A DNA stretch of 64,000 bases from Lama glama (Eukaryota): the NCBI GenBank assembly GCA_028534125.1, contig CM052816.1:18230001-18294000 (forward strand). The letters run 5' to 3'. The position numbers were made by a program, and so were the translations under genes. A model generated the notes under the pieces. That model was not told the DNA's origin. It saw only the letters and a program-made list of their open reading frames with translations, and made no database searches. How positions within the stretch are numbered: the first letter of the stretch is position 1; every line of letters starts with the position of its first letter. Shown in pieces: positions 1 through 12,285 of the stretch.

Positions 1-338
1 CATGAACTGAAAATGGAATGGGATGATTCCTGAAGTGAAAGAGGGGTTTGGCACAGGCCACCAGAAACTGTCTCCTACAAGGCCCTTGGTGACATCAGCA
101 GCTAAAGAGTACTGACCCATTGGACTCCTACTGACCATAGCGTCAGTTCTTTCCTCCACCCTTACCACCAGTGTTCTGAAATTGAATATACCTGAGACAA
201 TGACTTTCCCCAGCTTTTCCTAGAAAAGCAGGCAAAATTCCTTGGAAAGTATACTTTTCCCAGAAGGGCTAAACACAGGCAAGACTCTGGGTCCATGCCT
301 GATTCATCAGATCAGTCCCCTGAACAACTATTTTTGGT

Positions 339-784
339 TTGAGTAGATGTGCAGTGTGCTGCCCCAAACCCCATTCAGGACCAAGGCACTCATTCCCCAA
401 GATACCAGGGGTACTGCCTGCCTGACAGCCCACGGCTGAGTGTCTCTGGGACTTGCCTTTGGGCAAAGGAGCTGCATCGTTCAAAGTTAAGCCAACACCT
501 GGTCAGGCCCACATTCTGACAGGGTGACAAAGTTTTGGTCTTCTAGCCCCAACTCAGGATGCTCTGAAGCATCTCCCACCCCAACTATGGCTCCAGAACT
601 CACTGTGGGATCAACTGAAGCCTTTGTCACAACTGCTTTGCTACTTAACTTTTCCTTCTGCCCATCCTGCTTCTCTGCCCTTGCCCTGCACCCATTGGGA
701 CTGTTTCCAAGAGTACTCCCCAATAATTTTCCTGTGCTTAAATCTTAAAGTCTGAATCCCTTTCTGGGGAACCAACCCAAGACA
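339..784 (+). mobile_element. ERVL solo LTR, LTR16-like
   Basis: Starts like the LTR16 consensus (gtagatg..gtgtgctgccccaaaccccattcaggaccaaggcactcattcccc) and ends with ccaataa...ggggaaccaacccaagaca; recalled consensus. Confidence 0.7.
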
Positions 785-819
785 GCTCATGTAGCATCTA
801 AAAACTTATGCTACTGAAA

Positions 820-970
820 CAGGATGGTTCTGTCAGTTAAAAACTCAAGCTTTGAAGTCAGACAATCCCAGTTTCAAATTTGCCATTTACTAGCTGTGAG
901 AGTTTAGGCAAGTTACTTAACCATTTTTCATATCCTTATCTGAAGGATAGAGATATTAATAACACCTATG
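820..970 (+). mobile_element. MIR SINE fragment
   Basis: ctttgaagtcagac...ccatttactagctgtgag..taggcaagttacttaacc MIR core. Confidence 0.75.
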
Positions 971-1464
971 ATGGACGGAAATTTTAAGGGAGATATTTAT
1001 ATTTAACCTTTTCAGCTTGAGATCCAGCAGCCTGAGAAAGGACCTAGGGTACAGCTATTATTATTTTATAATCCTCCAGTGTATCTAAATTAATATGACT
1101 AATAAAGACATGAAAACGTACCAATGGTCAATATCTAATGTTGGCAAAGTTCAGTGACCAGGCAATTGCTCACACTGCTTGTAAGTCTGAAATCAAAGTT
1201 CAGTTCTCTTTCTGGAGGTTAATTAGATACTACATAAAAAAGACCCTAAAATGCCAATAACATTTGTCCCAGAAGGTTCAATGATTGGCATTTTCTCTAA
1301 AGAAATCATCCATGTGACCTCAAGTTGATAGTCTGGGATATGTACATCAGTATTTTTTAAACAAAAATCTGAGAATTACCTAATGTCAAGTAAGAGAAAA
1401 CTGTTTCAATTATAGTATATCCTTATGATAAAACAAAATGCAGTTATTTAAAATATGCTATGGA

Positions 1465-2110
1465 GCAACCCCACTCCTGGGCATATATCCAGAGGGAACC
1501 TTAATTCAAAAAGATACACGCACCCCAATGTTCATAGCAGCATTATTTACAACAGCCAAGACAAGGAAACAATCTAAATGTCCATCAACAAGTGACTGGA
1601 TAAAGAAGTGGTATATCTATACAATGGAGTACTACTCAGCCATAAAAAATAATAAAATAATGCCATTTGCAGCAACATGGATGGACCTGGAGACTACCAT
1701 TCTAAGTGAAGCAAGCCAGAAAGAGAAAGAAAAATACAATATGATACCACTTACATGTTGAATCAAAAAAAAAAGATAAATGAACTTATTTACAAAAGAG
1801 AAAAGACTTATAGACATAGAAAACAAACTTATGGTTACCCGGGGGGTGGAGAGGGGTGGGAAGTGATAAATTGGGTGTTTGGGATATGCAGATACTAAGT
1901 AATATATATAAAATAAACAACAAGTTAATACTGGATAGCACAAGGAACTATATTCAATAACTTGTAGTAACTTAGAGTGAAAAAGAATATGAAAACGAAT
2001 ATATGTATGTTCATGTATGAATGACACATTATGCTGTACACCAGAAGTTGACACAACACTGTAAACTGACTGTACTTCAATAAAAAATATATATACAAAA
2101 AAATCCTAAA
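1465..2110 (+). mobile_element. 5'-truncated young L1 (ORF2 C-terminus, 3' UTR, A-tail) inserted into an older L1M 3' fragment
   Basis: ORF 1438-1761 gives L1 ORF2 C-terminal peptide (PLLGIYP..PMFIAALFT..KCPS..WIKK..EYYSAIK); aataaa and A-rich tail; near-TSD aaaatatgctatgga 1450-1464 / aaaatatgctgcgga 2111-2125. Confidence 0.9.
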
Positions 2111-4789
2111 AAAATATGCTGCGGAAACAAAGTTAATGATATGGAAATAAATTCATGACAATCATAAGTGAAAAAACAGCCCACAAAATAGTAGTATATA
2201 GGACGTGAACGTAACTTTTATAAGCACAGAAGAAGTATGTACTCACTTACACACACACATACACACACAAACTAGAGCAAAGACTAGATGATCACAAATA
2301 AAAATCCAGAATGTTAGTAGTTATTATTCTTGAGTGAATTACTGGTAATATTGTTTTGTTCATTGTGCTTTTCTGCATGTTGAAAATTTTCTGCAATGAA
2401 CATTTATTCATTTTGCAAATTTTTAAAAAACTGTTATTCCTTTAATGGCATCTATTGGGTTAAAATGAAAACCCAAAGTACCGATGTCTACATACCAGTC
2501 ATTATCCAATCTTACTAGGAGTCTGACTTCTAAACTTTAAAGGCATTAGAAATGCCAGCTAAGTAAGGCTAACAGAATCCCTAAGGGGGGAGAAAAATCC
2601 CTAAGCACAAGTTAGTTTCAAGAAATCCCTGCCAACCATAATTAATCCAGAAAAGCAATCACCAGAGCTAACGCTGTCTATTGTAAGATACATAACTCAC
2701 TCACTCTCAATAATGGGTTACACTCAATATGCTCATTAGGACCAGAGGTTGGTTTTTAAATATGTCTGTGGGGGTCCATGTAACTTGGAGGGCATTTATT
2801 TTCATGTACTTTCCAGCTGATGGCTATTTTTCTGAGTTTAAATTTAAGATCCATAGTTTGACAATAAGAATAATGATTTGAAATCAAAATTTCCCTGGAA
2901 AATCCAGTGCAAAGGTCTTCATGTCCATTCAATCTAGGAGGTCAGAACAAGTTAAGGCTGCAGCAGTGGACATCACTGGATGTCCCTTGTCTATTCTTCC
3001 CTATGACATAAATCTTTTTTTCCCCTTCTTTTTCTCCCTCTTCTCCTTATTCTTATGTTCATGCCCTTTCGTTTTCTTTGCATTTCTTTTCCTCTCCTAG
3101 CACACAGCCACTCCTGGGCACAGATTTTCTCAACCAGGGGCTTCTGAGGTTGTGGAAAACCCTTCATGAGGCTGTGCAGGTAGTCAAAGAAGCCACAATT
3201 AGCCTTGGGCATAATTAGCAACCAGATCCAAGTTTCACACTCCTCTCTCTCCTGGTAGCAACCACCAGAGCTCCATCACGTACAGCTCCTTCCTTCCTTA
3301 TCAAGCACTTAGAAAATTACTGAGCAATACTGGTGCATGGTTATGCCTAAACCATTCTGATGCATGCTCTGGATGATATCTGTATCAGTCTTGATGTCTC
3401 TGCTAAGCCACCCATGAGTAAGGAATCCATGTGCTGCTTCTGTATTCTCTTGGCTCAGGAGCATCCCTGGTTGCAGCGTAGGGAATGGTATTGAGGCTTT
3501 AGACTGGGATAGTCAGGAAAGAAATCTGACCCTCAAGTTTAGCCACAAAAACAGCCATCAAGTTGACTTAGAATTGGACTCAGCCAGAATATACTGAAAA
3601 GCAGAGGAGTCGTGGGGCCTGAAGATCTTTTCTCTCCACTAGTCCAGAACCAGGGGAAAAGGAGACTGATGCTTGATCAAACGATGTGGGCTGGCCAATT
3701 TTACTGCCTGTGTTCCCTGGATGGAATGAATCTTGGGGATGGGGGGGTGTTTATTCACAAGGCTGTTTAAATCAAGCTGCGAGTCTTTAATCCTGTTGTC
3801 ATTTTCGCTGTGATTAAAATCCCAATGGGCTACATCACATGCAATTTTTGTTTTCTAGGGCAGACCAAAATATCTTAATAAAAACAGATAGCCAAGCATG
3901 TCAAGTCTAGGATGAAATCAAGATTAAACCAATGGAGAAGAAAGGCCATAAGGACGAAGCATACTTGACTTAATGTGAAAATAACATAGAAAATTACACC
4001 TGTGTAGGTCCAAGAACCAAACAGGCTTGGATGTGTATTAGACTGTTGAGGGGGAATATGAAAATATGGGTAAAGATTAAGAGCTCAGTAAATAGATTAG
4101 TCATTTTGTAATTAGGTTGGAATACAAATTAGAGGCCAAAAGCCTTTATAGGGGTTTGTTGTGACTGATTTAAACAAATGTAAATTTTAAATTTTCAAGA
4201 AATAACTTTTTCAATAAGACTCCATACTCCCACTTTGCATTTAGTTTCCTTACATATCTTATTTGCAAATGCAGCTCTAGCTATGGGAAGTGAAAATAAT
4301 TCTGCAAGCAATTAGTACTGCAACAGGCAAACTCTCCACTTGGTCTTCTGTAAGTTTCCCTAATAGCCAGTTTCCTTGATTGATTGGTAGGAAGAAGTGC
4401 AACCTTCTCTCCCATGCTTTAGATCCTTTGTGGGGGACCCTTGGAGGAGGAAGAATGCAAACCTCATTTCTGACTTCAGTCCAGCTGAACTCTTTTACCC
4501 TACTGTTCCCAGGGATTTAAATGTTTAAACACCCACGCCTGTCACCGTCACTGTTTACTGGAAAATCTTCTTTGTTTCCTTATTTCTTTCTGCATCAAGT
4601 TGGAATATCAACCAGCCCTGCACAGCTATTTATTTTACCTAGGCCCATCACATCAGCCAGCCTGACTCTCCAGGACCTTGCAAAGTGCATTCTTCTCTCT
4701 GGCCAGCTGCTCTCCAGGTCACTCACATGCGTCTCAGCTACTACTGCTGTTCTCTGCTGGAATGGTTCCTCCCCTCCACCTATTATGAT

Positions 4790-5002
4790 AAGCGGTCATC
4801 TACCACAAAGGCTGGGCATTTTCCATGTTTTATCTCATTTAATCTTTGCAACAACCTGTCATATAAGATGATTATTCCTATTTTATAGATAAGGGTATTG
4901 AGGCTTAGAAAGATTCTGGAACCTGCCAAATCTCACAAGATGTGGAGCCAGCATTTCAACCCTGATCTGTTGCATGCCAGGACCTGAGCACTTAACCACT
5001 GC
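4790..5002 (-). mobile_element. MIR SINE
   Basis: tatctcatttaatct..caacaacc..cctattttatagataag..tgaggcttaga..cttaaccactg (reverse MIR). Confidence 0.8.
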
Positions 5003-5935
5003 CTCCTTCTCCCATCTCTCTGACCCTGGTGCAACTTCCATGGTGCAGCTCAGGCCCAACTCTTCTAGGAAGCTCAGGTTAGTCAGTCTGGCTCATGCTG
5101 TTCCCACTCACTCTGTTGACCAGAACCACAGAGCTGAGCACTAAATTATCTGATTGTTCTGTATTTGTTTCATCTCCCATTAAAATTTCAAGTCTTCAAG
5201 GGAAGAGACTGCCTCCTATAAGACACACACATACACAATGAAACTCTGAGCTGACTGATGTCCATTTTAGCAAGGATCGAGGCATGCTCCCTCAGGAGGC
5301 GGAGTATTATCTGCTCCTCCTTATTCTCTCTGTTCCCTTGAGAAAAGGAAATAGCAATCTGGCAGTGAAGAAAGGCAGAATCTACTCCCATGTGGGAGGA
5401 GGTGCAGCCATCTTCCTCTCTCTTTCTTCAAACACATGGGCTTGGGTATTTTTGTCCTCTTGTCTCCTGTCCATGTGTCTGGCCACAAGATAAGTAGATT
5501 CTGAAATTTAGGCTTGAGCTAAAGCTTTTGAAGAGTCCATTAGGCCTTTAGGCCAGCTGGGGTGCTCAAGCCCAGCCCAGCCTGCCAGAAATCTCTTCAC
5601 TGTGTTTGGGACAGCCAATAATCGACATAATAAATACTAAAGTAGTACATTATTACCCAATTGCCGTTGCTTTTTAAGGACCTCTAGAGATAGAACTCAG
5701 GCTCCCTGGTTCCCCTAGCCAAATACCACGTCACAGTGTGCCCACGCCTTAGGATAGCTCCAACGGTCCTCTCTGCAAGTTCGTGGTCATTCAGTTTCCT
5801 CTCTTAATTCATGGGAGTTTTAAAGAAAGATGTATTAGAACTGATCTCTGTGGAAATGTGTGGTGTGTATATGTTCGTGTATGTGTTTTCTTTGTAAATG
5901 GTAGTTAACAAAGCAATATTAAGCATAAGCTTTTT

Positions 5936-6300
5936 TGTCAGTCTGGGTCTCCCAAGAAGGGGCCAAGAAGGATGTGCAGGGACTCTATAAGGGAAATGTC
6001 CCATGTGAAAGGAAATAAAGAAGCCAGGATAGGCTGGGAGAGCCAACAGACTGCGATGCAAGTCAGACCCCAGGTGAGAGAAAATTGGGTAGAAATGTCT
6101 GATTCTTTCATGAAGTCAAAGGAAAGTTCAATAAACCCATCAGGGAGTTCCTGAGACAATGGTGGCTGTGAGAAGTAGAAAGCTGCTCATGGGAACGGTG
6201 ACCTCAGCACAAAATGAAGAAAATTTTTGAAGAGTAGCATCTGGGGCTCTCACTCAATTATGCTCCGTAAAGTAAGAAAATGGTAAAACGCATTCTCGTG
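5936..6300 (-). mobile_element. ERVL solo LTR, LTR33-like
   Basis: ggctgggagagccaacagactgcgatgcaagtcagacccc resembles reverse LTR33 consensus; boundaries approximate. Confidence 0.55.
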
Positions 6301-6869
6301 CTATCATAGCTTACATCCCTCCTCAATCATCGCTGTGTGCCTTGGCCTTTCATTGCAACACTATTCTTATTTCTTCTTTACATTTCTATTTTCAAGCAGC
6401 AGGAGGAAACACATCTTTGAGCAAGAAGTACTTTGAAAGAAAAACAGAACCATAGTTGATTCAGGAAGGCTTCAAGCTGAGCACGTGCAGACTGTCCAGA
6501 GCCTAGTATCTTGAGAAGTCTTAGGAAAGCTTTAGAGACATTATGCTTTCTTCCTATGTTTTATATTCTGAAAACAAACTAGGTTCTCTTATCCCTCAAG
6601 CCTATGCCTGACACCTAACAATTTTACTCTTGTTGGAAAGACGTGACCTAGGTCAAGTACTCAAGGGCTATATCATATCTTAGGCCTTGATTCTCCAAAG
6701 AGGAAGCATCTGTGATCATGTCACTCTGTGGGAGGAGTCACGAGCAGGATACTGTAGCCCCAGAGCATTCTCATGGTAAACAGACATGATGGGCTCGGAC
6801 TTGTCTGGCACGGTGCCTTGCCAGAGTGGGTAAAGGTTGGCCAATTTGTGTACATAGCTTTTAGTTACA

Positions 6870-7241
6870 ACTGGGAGAAAGCTGGTCCTCACCAAAATTC
6901 CTGAGTGAGCTCCTTACTTCTTTGGCACAAGGTCTGGCATGAAGCTAGTCTGTCCTATGACTAAATTCTGGCCAATAGAAAGTGAGCAGCAGTGACATGC
7001 ACCATTTTCAATCCTGCCCTAACTTCCCATACGTGTCTCTCTTTCTTCCTCTCCATTGGCTGCTGGGCTGGAAAGAACTCCTAGGACCCAGAAGAAGGTG
7101 GTGCTAGGTCCCTCAATGACCAACCCTCCGTCATCCACATCTGACTATGACACAAGAGAGAAATAAATTGTACCGTGAAAATCACTGGGAGTTCAAAGTT
7201 ATCTGTCACAGAAGTTGTATTTATTTACCGTTAATAATACA
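6870..7241 (+). mobile_element. MaLR LTR, MLT1-type
   Basis: gactaaattctggccaatagaaagtgagc..gtgacatgcacca; gagagaaataaatt; terminal ...taataca. Confidence 0.7.
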
Positions 7242-7399
7242 ACATTATCCCTTTGAGAGCCTTGACCTGTTCTAGTCAGACTTTTCTGTGCCGACTGCAT
7301 ACAAAACAAGCTAAATATAAAAATTCTATAATTTATAAAAAGCAATCATACATATTCTAAAATATGATTCTGTATGAAAAAGATTCTAAAAGAGATTTC

Positions 7400-7990
7400 T
7401 TAAAAAAATAATTTTACTGAGGTACAATTGATACACTAAAACTTTTGGGTATGTTTAACATATACAATTTGATGAGTTTTAGAGAGATGCACTCACTCAT
7501 GAAATCAATACCATAATCAAGTACAGAAACATATCCATCACCTCCAAAAGTTTCCTTCTGTCGCCCTGTTTTTGTTTTGTGGTAAGAACACTTAACATGA
7601 TGTCTATCCTTTCAGCAGATTTTTAAGCGCACATACAGTGTTGTTAACTACAGGCACTGTATTATGCAGCAGAGCATTAAGCTTACTCACTGAGCACAAA
7701 TGAAAGTTTATACCCACTGAACACCACCACTCCATTTCCACCCCTCCCCAGGCCCTGGAAGACACCAGTGTATTCTCTGTTTCTATGAGTTTGACCACTA
7801 CTGTGAATGGAATCAGGCAGTATTTGTCCTTCTGTGGCTGGCTTATTTCACTTAGCATCATGTCCTCCAGCTTCATCCATGTTGTCACAGATGGCAAGAT
7901 TTCCTTCTTAAAGGCTGAATAATATTCAATTGTATGGATATATCACATTTTCTTTATCCATTCATCTTGGCTATTTTAAATAATGTGATA
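7400..7990 (-). mobile_element. L1MB-like 3' end
   Basis: Reverse L1 3' UTR; minus ORF 7604-7897 (TTWMKLEDMMLSEISQPQKDKYCLIP) is L1 ORF2-end-like. Confidence 0.85.
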
Positions 7991-8854
7991 AATGGGGTTT
8001 CTTTAAATATTCTATTCCCCAGGAATGCTGAATTCATTCACAGCTACTTGGGACCACATTTATTTTCTAAAGCAAATTGTTCCTGCAGCTGAAAAAAAAA
8101 GATAAATTTCCCTCATTTACCCAATTCTTCATCTTTTTTTTTGGCGAGAATCTTCTAAATAAATAAAGCTTATGGCTTGCCCAAAACATACATATTTTCA
8201 TTACTTTGTGGAGGCAGACAGATTAGGAAGGAGTGCTGGGCTACAGATGAGGAGAACTGATTTGTAATAGATGTTCAGGACTTTCCTATCCGAAAGCCCA
8301 AGAACTTCAGAACAAAACAGAAGTTGTTTTAGTGTGCACTGACCTTTCCATAAGGCTTGCTAGAGCACAGCGGTCAGTAGATGTAACTTCCAGGGCAATC
8401 ATTCAAACGCCAGGCACTACCAGTACTTATGGTTCCAATATAGGCTCACCTTGACACTGTGAACACCTTGTTTTTAACCAGTGGTCTCTAATGGGCCTAA
8501 CACAAAGCATAAATCTTATCTCTAACGTTTCTATTTCACTTGCTAAACAAATGACAGCTTCCAGAAATGAAATTTCCACACATTTCTGAAAAGAGAGAAC
8601 AAGCGACACGGACCGTCTACAGCAGAGCCTCCCAACTGCTGGACTGTCACACTCACCGCAAACGCATGACAAGTTTCCAGGATATTGACCCCTCAGTTCT
8701 CTGTGGAGCTGATGTTGCCAAATGCCCCCAGGCCCTCTCCCTCTGATTATGAGCAATTATCCATTTACACCAGTATGTTTCAAGTTTGCCATTTTTCTAC
8801 TATCGTCATCAGGTCAAAAAAAAATGAGGAAGCATGGATCTTTATTAGCAACCT

Positions 8855-9290
8855 GTATCATCCATACTGAATCAATCATAATGCTTTGGACTCAAGTGGC
8901 CGAGCGAGACACTAGCACAAACTGGCTTGACTAGCAGGAAATGCGTTGGCACATGTCACAGAAGTCCACCTAGAATTGGTTTAATGTTTAATGCAGACCT
9001 CTCTGAACTTCTCTCAACCTTGTCCTCACCATGGGAGCTGAATTTGTCCTCAGGCTGCCTGCCTTTTTGGCACGAAAGTAACTCTAGTTGTTTCAGTCCT
9101 CTGATCTGCAGCCTCTACAACCGGTAAAAGAGAGGGGAGGCTATTACCTCTGTTGGCTAGCTCTTCCAAGTGAGGAAATTTCTTTCTTAAAGTCCTTGGT
9201 AGATCTCTTCTCACTGGAGTGAACTGAACCCTGTGCCCCTTCCTGAACCTATTAGCCTGGCTAAGGATCTGAGACTATATTGTTTATATC
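8855..9290 (-). mobile_element. Old MaLR LTR (MLT1) remnant
   Basis: caaactggcttga..ggaaatgcgttggcacatgtcacagaagtcc; ctgaaccctgtgccccttcctgaacctatta resembles reverse MLT1. Confidence 0.5.
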
Positions 9291-9699
9291 CTAATAACAC
9301 CTATAATTATGCAATCTGTAAAAGTGAGGTACTGTGGCATTACCTGCTGTAGCCTATCCTGGAGAAAGATATCCATGAAATCATGAGTGTGATGTGATAA
9401 TGTGTTTATTGCCTAATACATATATTGATTAAAATATGACATATAAAAATTTTCAAAGTTTGTCCTACCATTTAATGATATTAGACAACTAGATAATCAT
9501 ATAATCAATCAATCTGGTAACGCCAGAGATACACATACCACATGCTGGCAATACAGAGCTTGACGGAAGAAGAGAGAAAGAAAGCGAATGGTAAGCCATG
9601 GAAGAAGAGAGGCTGTAGCTTGTTATAAGGATAGTGAGTTCTCTAATATGACTGTAAATGAGGAATTACTGAGCAATGGTGGGAAATGATAATTAAAAA

Positions 9700-10012
9700 G
9701 TTGATGGACTGTGAAGAAGCTTAAATTCCAGGCTGAAGGCTTTTGGTATTACTGCATAGGTAAATGGAAGTCCTTTTGAGCTTTTCACCATGAAATGATA
9801 AAAGAACTGTTTTAATGATATTAAATTGACAGCTCCATAAAGGACTGGTTGGAGTGAGAGATCTTTGCAATAACAAAGGAATAAAGGTGACAAGATTCAA
9901 AGTAAGAAGAAGGGGAAACACTGTGGGGGGACATTTCAGAGAGAAATGACTCGGGTGGAGAAATACGATATGCAGTATGAAAAGAATGAGTAGTCTAGAG
10001 TGATTCCAAGAT
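9700..10012 (-). mobile_element. L2 LINE fragment
   Basis: ccaggctgaagg..taggtaaatggaagtcc..gagtagtctagagtgattccaagatt, typical reverse L2. Confidence 0.55.
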
Positions 10013-10070
10013 TTAGTAAACAGATCCTCTAATACAAGACATCATTTAGCCCATTTAGAGTCACTGAATA

Positions 10071-10096
10071 TGTGTGTGTGTGTGTGTGTGTGTGTG
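10071..10096. repeat. (TG)13 microsatellite
   Basis: Read directly. Confidence 0.95.
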
Positions 10097-11034
10097 TTCT
10101 GACTGAGATTTTTGGCTGGCCCAGACTCAAGTTCCCTAACTAGCAGACTCTTGAGTCCTTCCTAGTACATCACTGCTCTAAAACAAAGAAGTCAGGAGTG
10201 GGAAAGCTTGACCTTAAAAGGACAAGAACTATGGTGTCATAGCCCTTCTCCCTGTAGGAGTTCCAGCCCAGGGCCCTGCACCATGAAACCATGATGCGTC
10301 TCTCATGGAAAGGACTGTCAAGCCCTGTTTCAAGAGTATGAAATCCTCCTGATGTCCGCTGGGCATCTACTTAGAAAAATGGACAAAAGGAGCAGGTGCT
10401 GAAGAGAAGCTGCTGTGGGATCAGTTAACCTCGGTGCAGAGTTGCACTGGCAGCCTTCCCATTCACTTAGCAGAGGATATTTTACAATAATTTCCACCCT
10501 GTATTTTGGGTTCTGTGACTCCAGCTCCTCAGTACTGCTGGCTGCCAGCCCCTGGGGTCTTCTGGGAGCAGCTCCTGGCAGCTGCATCCAGAATGATGGT
10601 GAACAGAGGCCCAACTGGATGTGGCGACCATGCTGCTAGCATAGCTGTGGTCTCGGAAGTCAGGAGCAGGCCAGGTGGCTGTGCCTGGAATGAGGGCAAC
10701 AGAGCACTTGAGCTACCAGGCCAGGTGGTGAACAGCTCAGGGTTCTGACTAGTTTGTCTGAGGTGCCAAGAAATGCAGAATGCTTAAAGTGACCTGGGAG
10801 GTCCTCTCTCAACATCCGTCTGCTCAAAGTCCTGAAGCCGCTCAGGGAAAACTGATTCCTGGCGTATAAACAAGCTTATTTTCCTTCTCTGAGACTATCT
10901 CCTGAGGCTGGACATTACTGGAAAATATACAAATAGAGATGATCAAGTCTAACTTTCTGCTTCCTGACATTTCTCATTGCTATGATGAGAAAGGAAACTG
11001 AGTACAAATAATAGCAATAATAATAATAATAAAA

Positions 11035-11280
11035 CCAACATAATGGCAACTTTTATATTCAGGTTTTCTATGGGCCAGACAATACACTAGGCACCTTAAA
11101 TGTATTATCTTGTTAAATTCACACAACATCTTTGAATTACATACTATTTTCACTCCTGTTTCACAGATAAGAAAACAATTAGAAATACTTAACGCCTTTC
11201 CAATGTAACACAGAAAGTAGGTGGCAGAACCAAGATTTGAACTCAGGGGTGTCAGAGACCAGAGCAAGAGCACTTACTGA
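11035..11280 (-). mobile_element. MIR SINE
   Basis: ctgtttcacagataagaaaac..gtggcagaaccaagatttgaactcagg..tcagagaccagagc. Confidence 0.8.
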
Positions 11281-11424
11281 GCACGGCCCTCATAACATTT
11301 GCAGGAACTCTGTCCACGAAACTCACCCTATTTCTGCAATAGTCAAATGTATAGATTTCATATACTTTAATATATTTCAACAAACTGAGAAACCTTCTTT
11401 CCTCCCTTAAAAGTCGAGACAATT

Positions 11425-12075
11425 GTTATCTACTGTTGGTGAGAGTGTACGCTGGGACAACTGCTTTGGAAGAAACACTGGCATCATTTACTCAGTTGAA
11501 GATCTACCTATCCCATGATTCAGCAATTCTACTGCTGGGTATATGCCCAAGATAGATGTGTGCACATGTGCAGCAGAAGAAATGTACAAGAATGTTCATG
11601 ACAGCAGAATTTGTGACAGCCCTAAACTTCAAATAACCCAAAAGTCTATCAATAGGAGAACAGATACCACAGAATGCCACACAGCAATAAAAAGCAACGA
11701 ACCCAGTTACGTACAACAACATGGATGAATGTTGTACTCAGGAAGCTAGACACAAAGAACACATGCTGTATGATTCAGTTTACTTCCAACTTCAAACAGA
11801 CAGAACTAAACTACAGTGTTTAGAGATTCATACTTAGGGGATAAAATTAGTAAGTGGACCAAGGAAATGATTACCATAAAAGTAAGAGAAGTAGGGAGGG
11901 GGAGGGAAGTGGTCATAATGGGTAGAGGCTGGGAGAGGCTTACAGGATGCTGGCAATGTTCTGGTATGAAGGTAGTTACATATGACTTGCTTTATAATAA
12001 TTTGTTAAACCAAACATGTATATTTAATGCATTTTCTATATGTGTACAATATTCTATAATAGAAATGGTTTAAAA
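11425..12075 (+). mobile_element. Old L1M (MC/MD/ME-type) 3' end
   Basis: cagcaattctactgctgggtatatgcccaa..aagaatgttcatgacagca..acaacatggatgaat. Confidence 0.8.
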
Positions 12076-12270
12076 ACAAGTTTATGGAAGGAAAAGGCAA
12101 AAAAAATGCAACTCTTGCTTTCAAATTCAGGCTAAAAAATCTTGATAAGCAGCTCATTTTAAGACATTTTAACTGACATAATCTGTCACCTCTGGAGTCA
12201 CTGCCACCCTCTTTGCTGATCTGAAACTCCCCTACTCCCACCGTTTTAAATCATTAATGTTTTTCTTCTT

Positions 12271-12285
12271 AAAGAAATGTTTCCT
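12271..12285 (+). repeat. 5' target-site duplication of the BMP4 retrocopy (aaagaaatgtttcct)
   Basis: Identical 15-mer at 13137-13151; preceded by ttctt, giving an L1 endonuclease-type TT/AAAG site. Confidence 0.95.

Noticed and set aside
1438..1761. 107-aa ORF (and the similar ORFs at 47657-47899, 56473-56781, 57713-58012) as host genes
   Set aside because: They are L1 ORF2 remnants.
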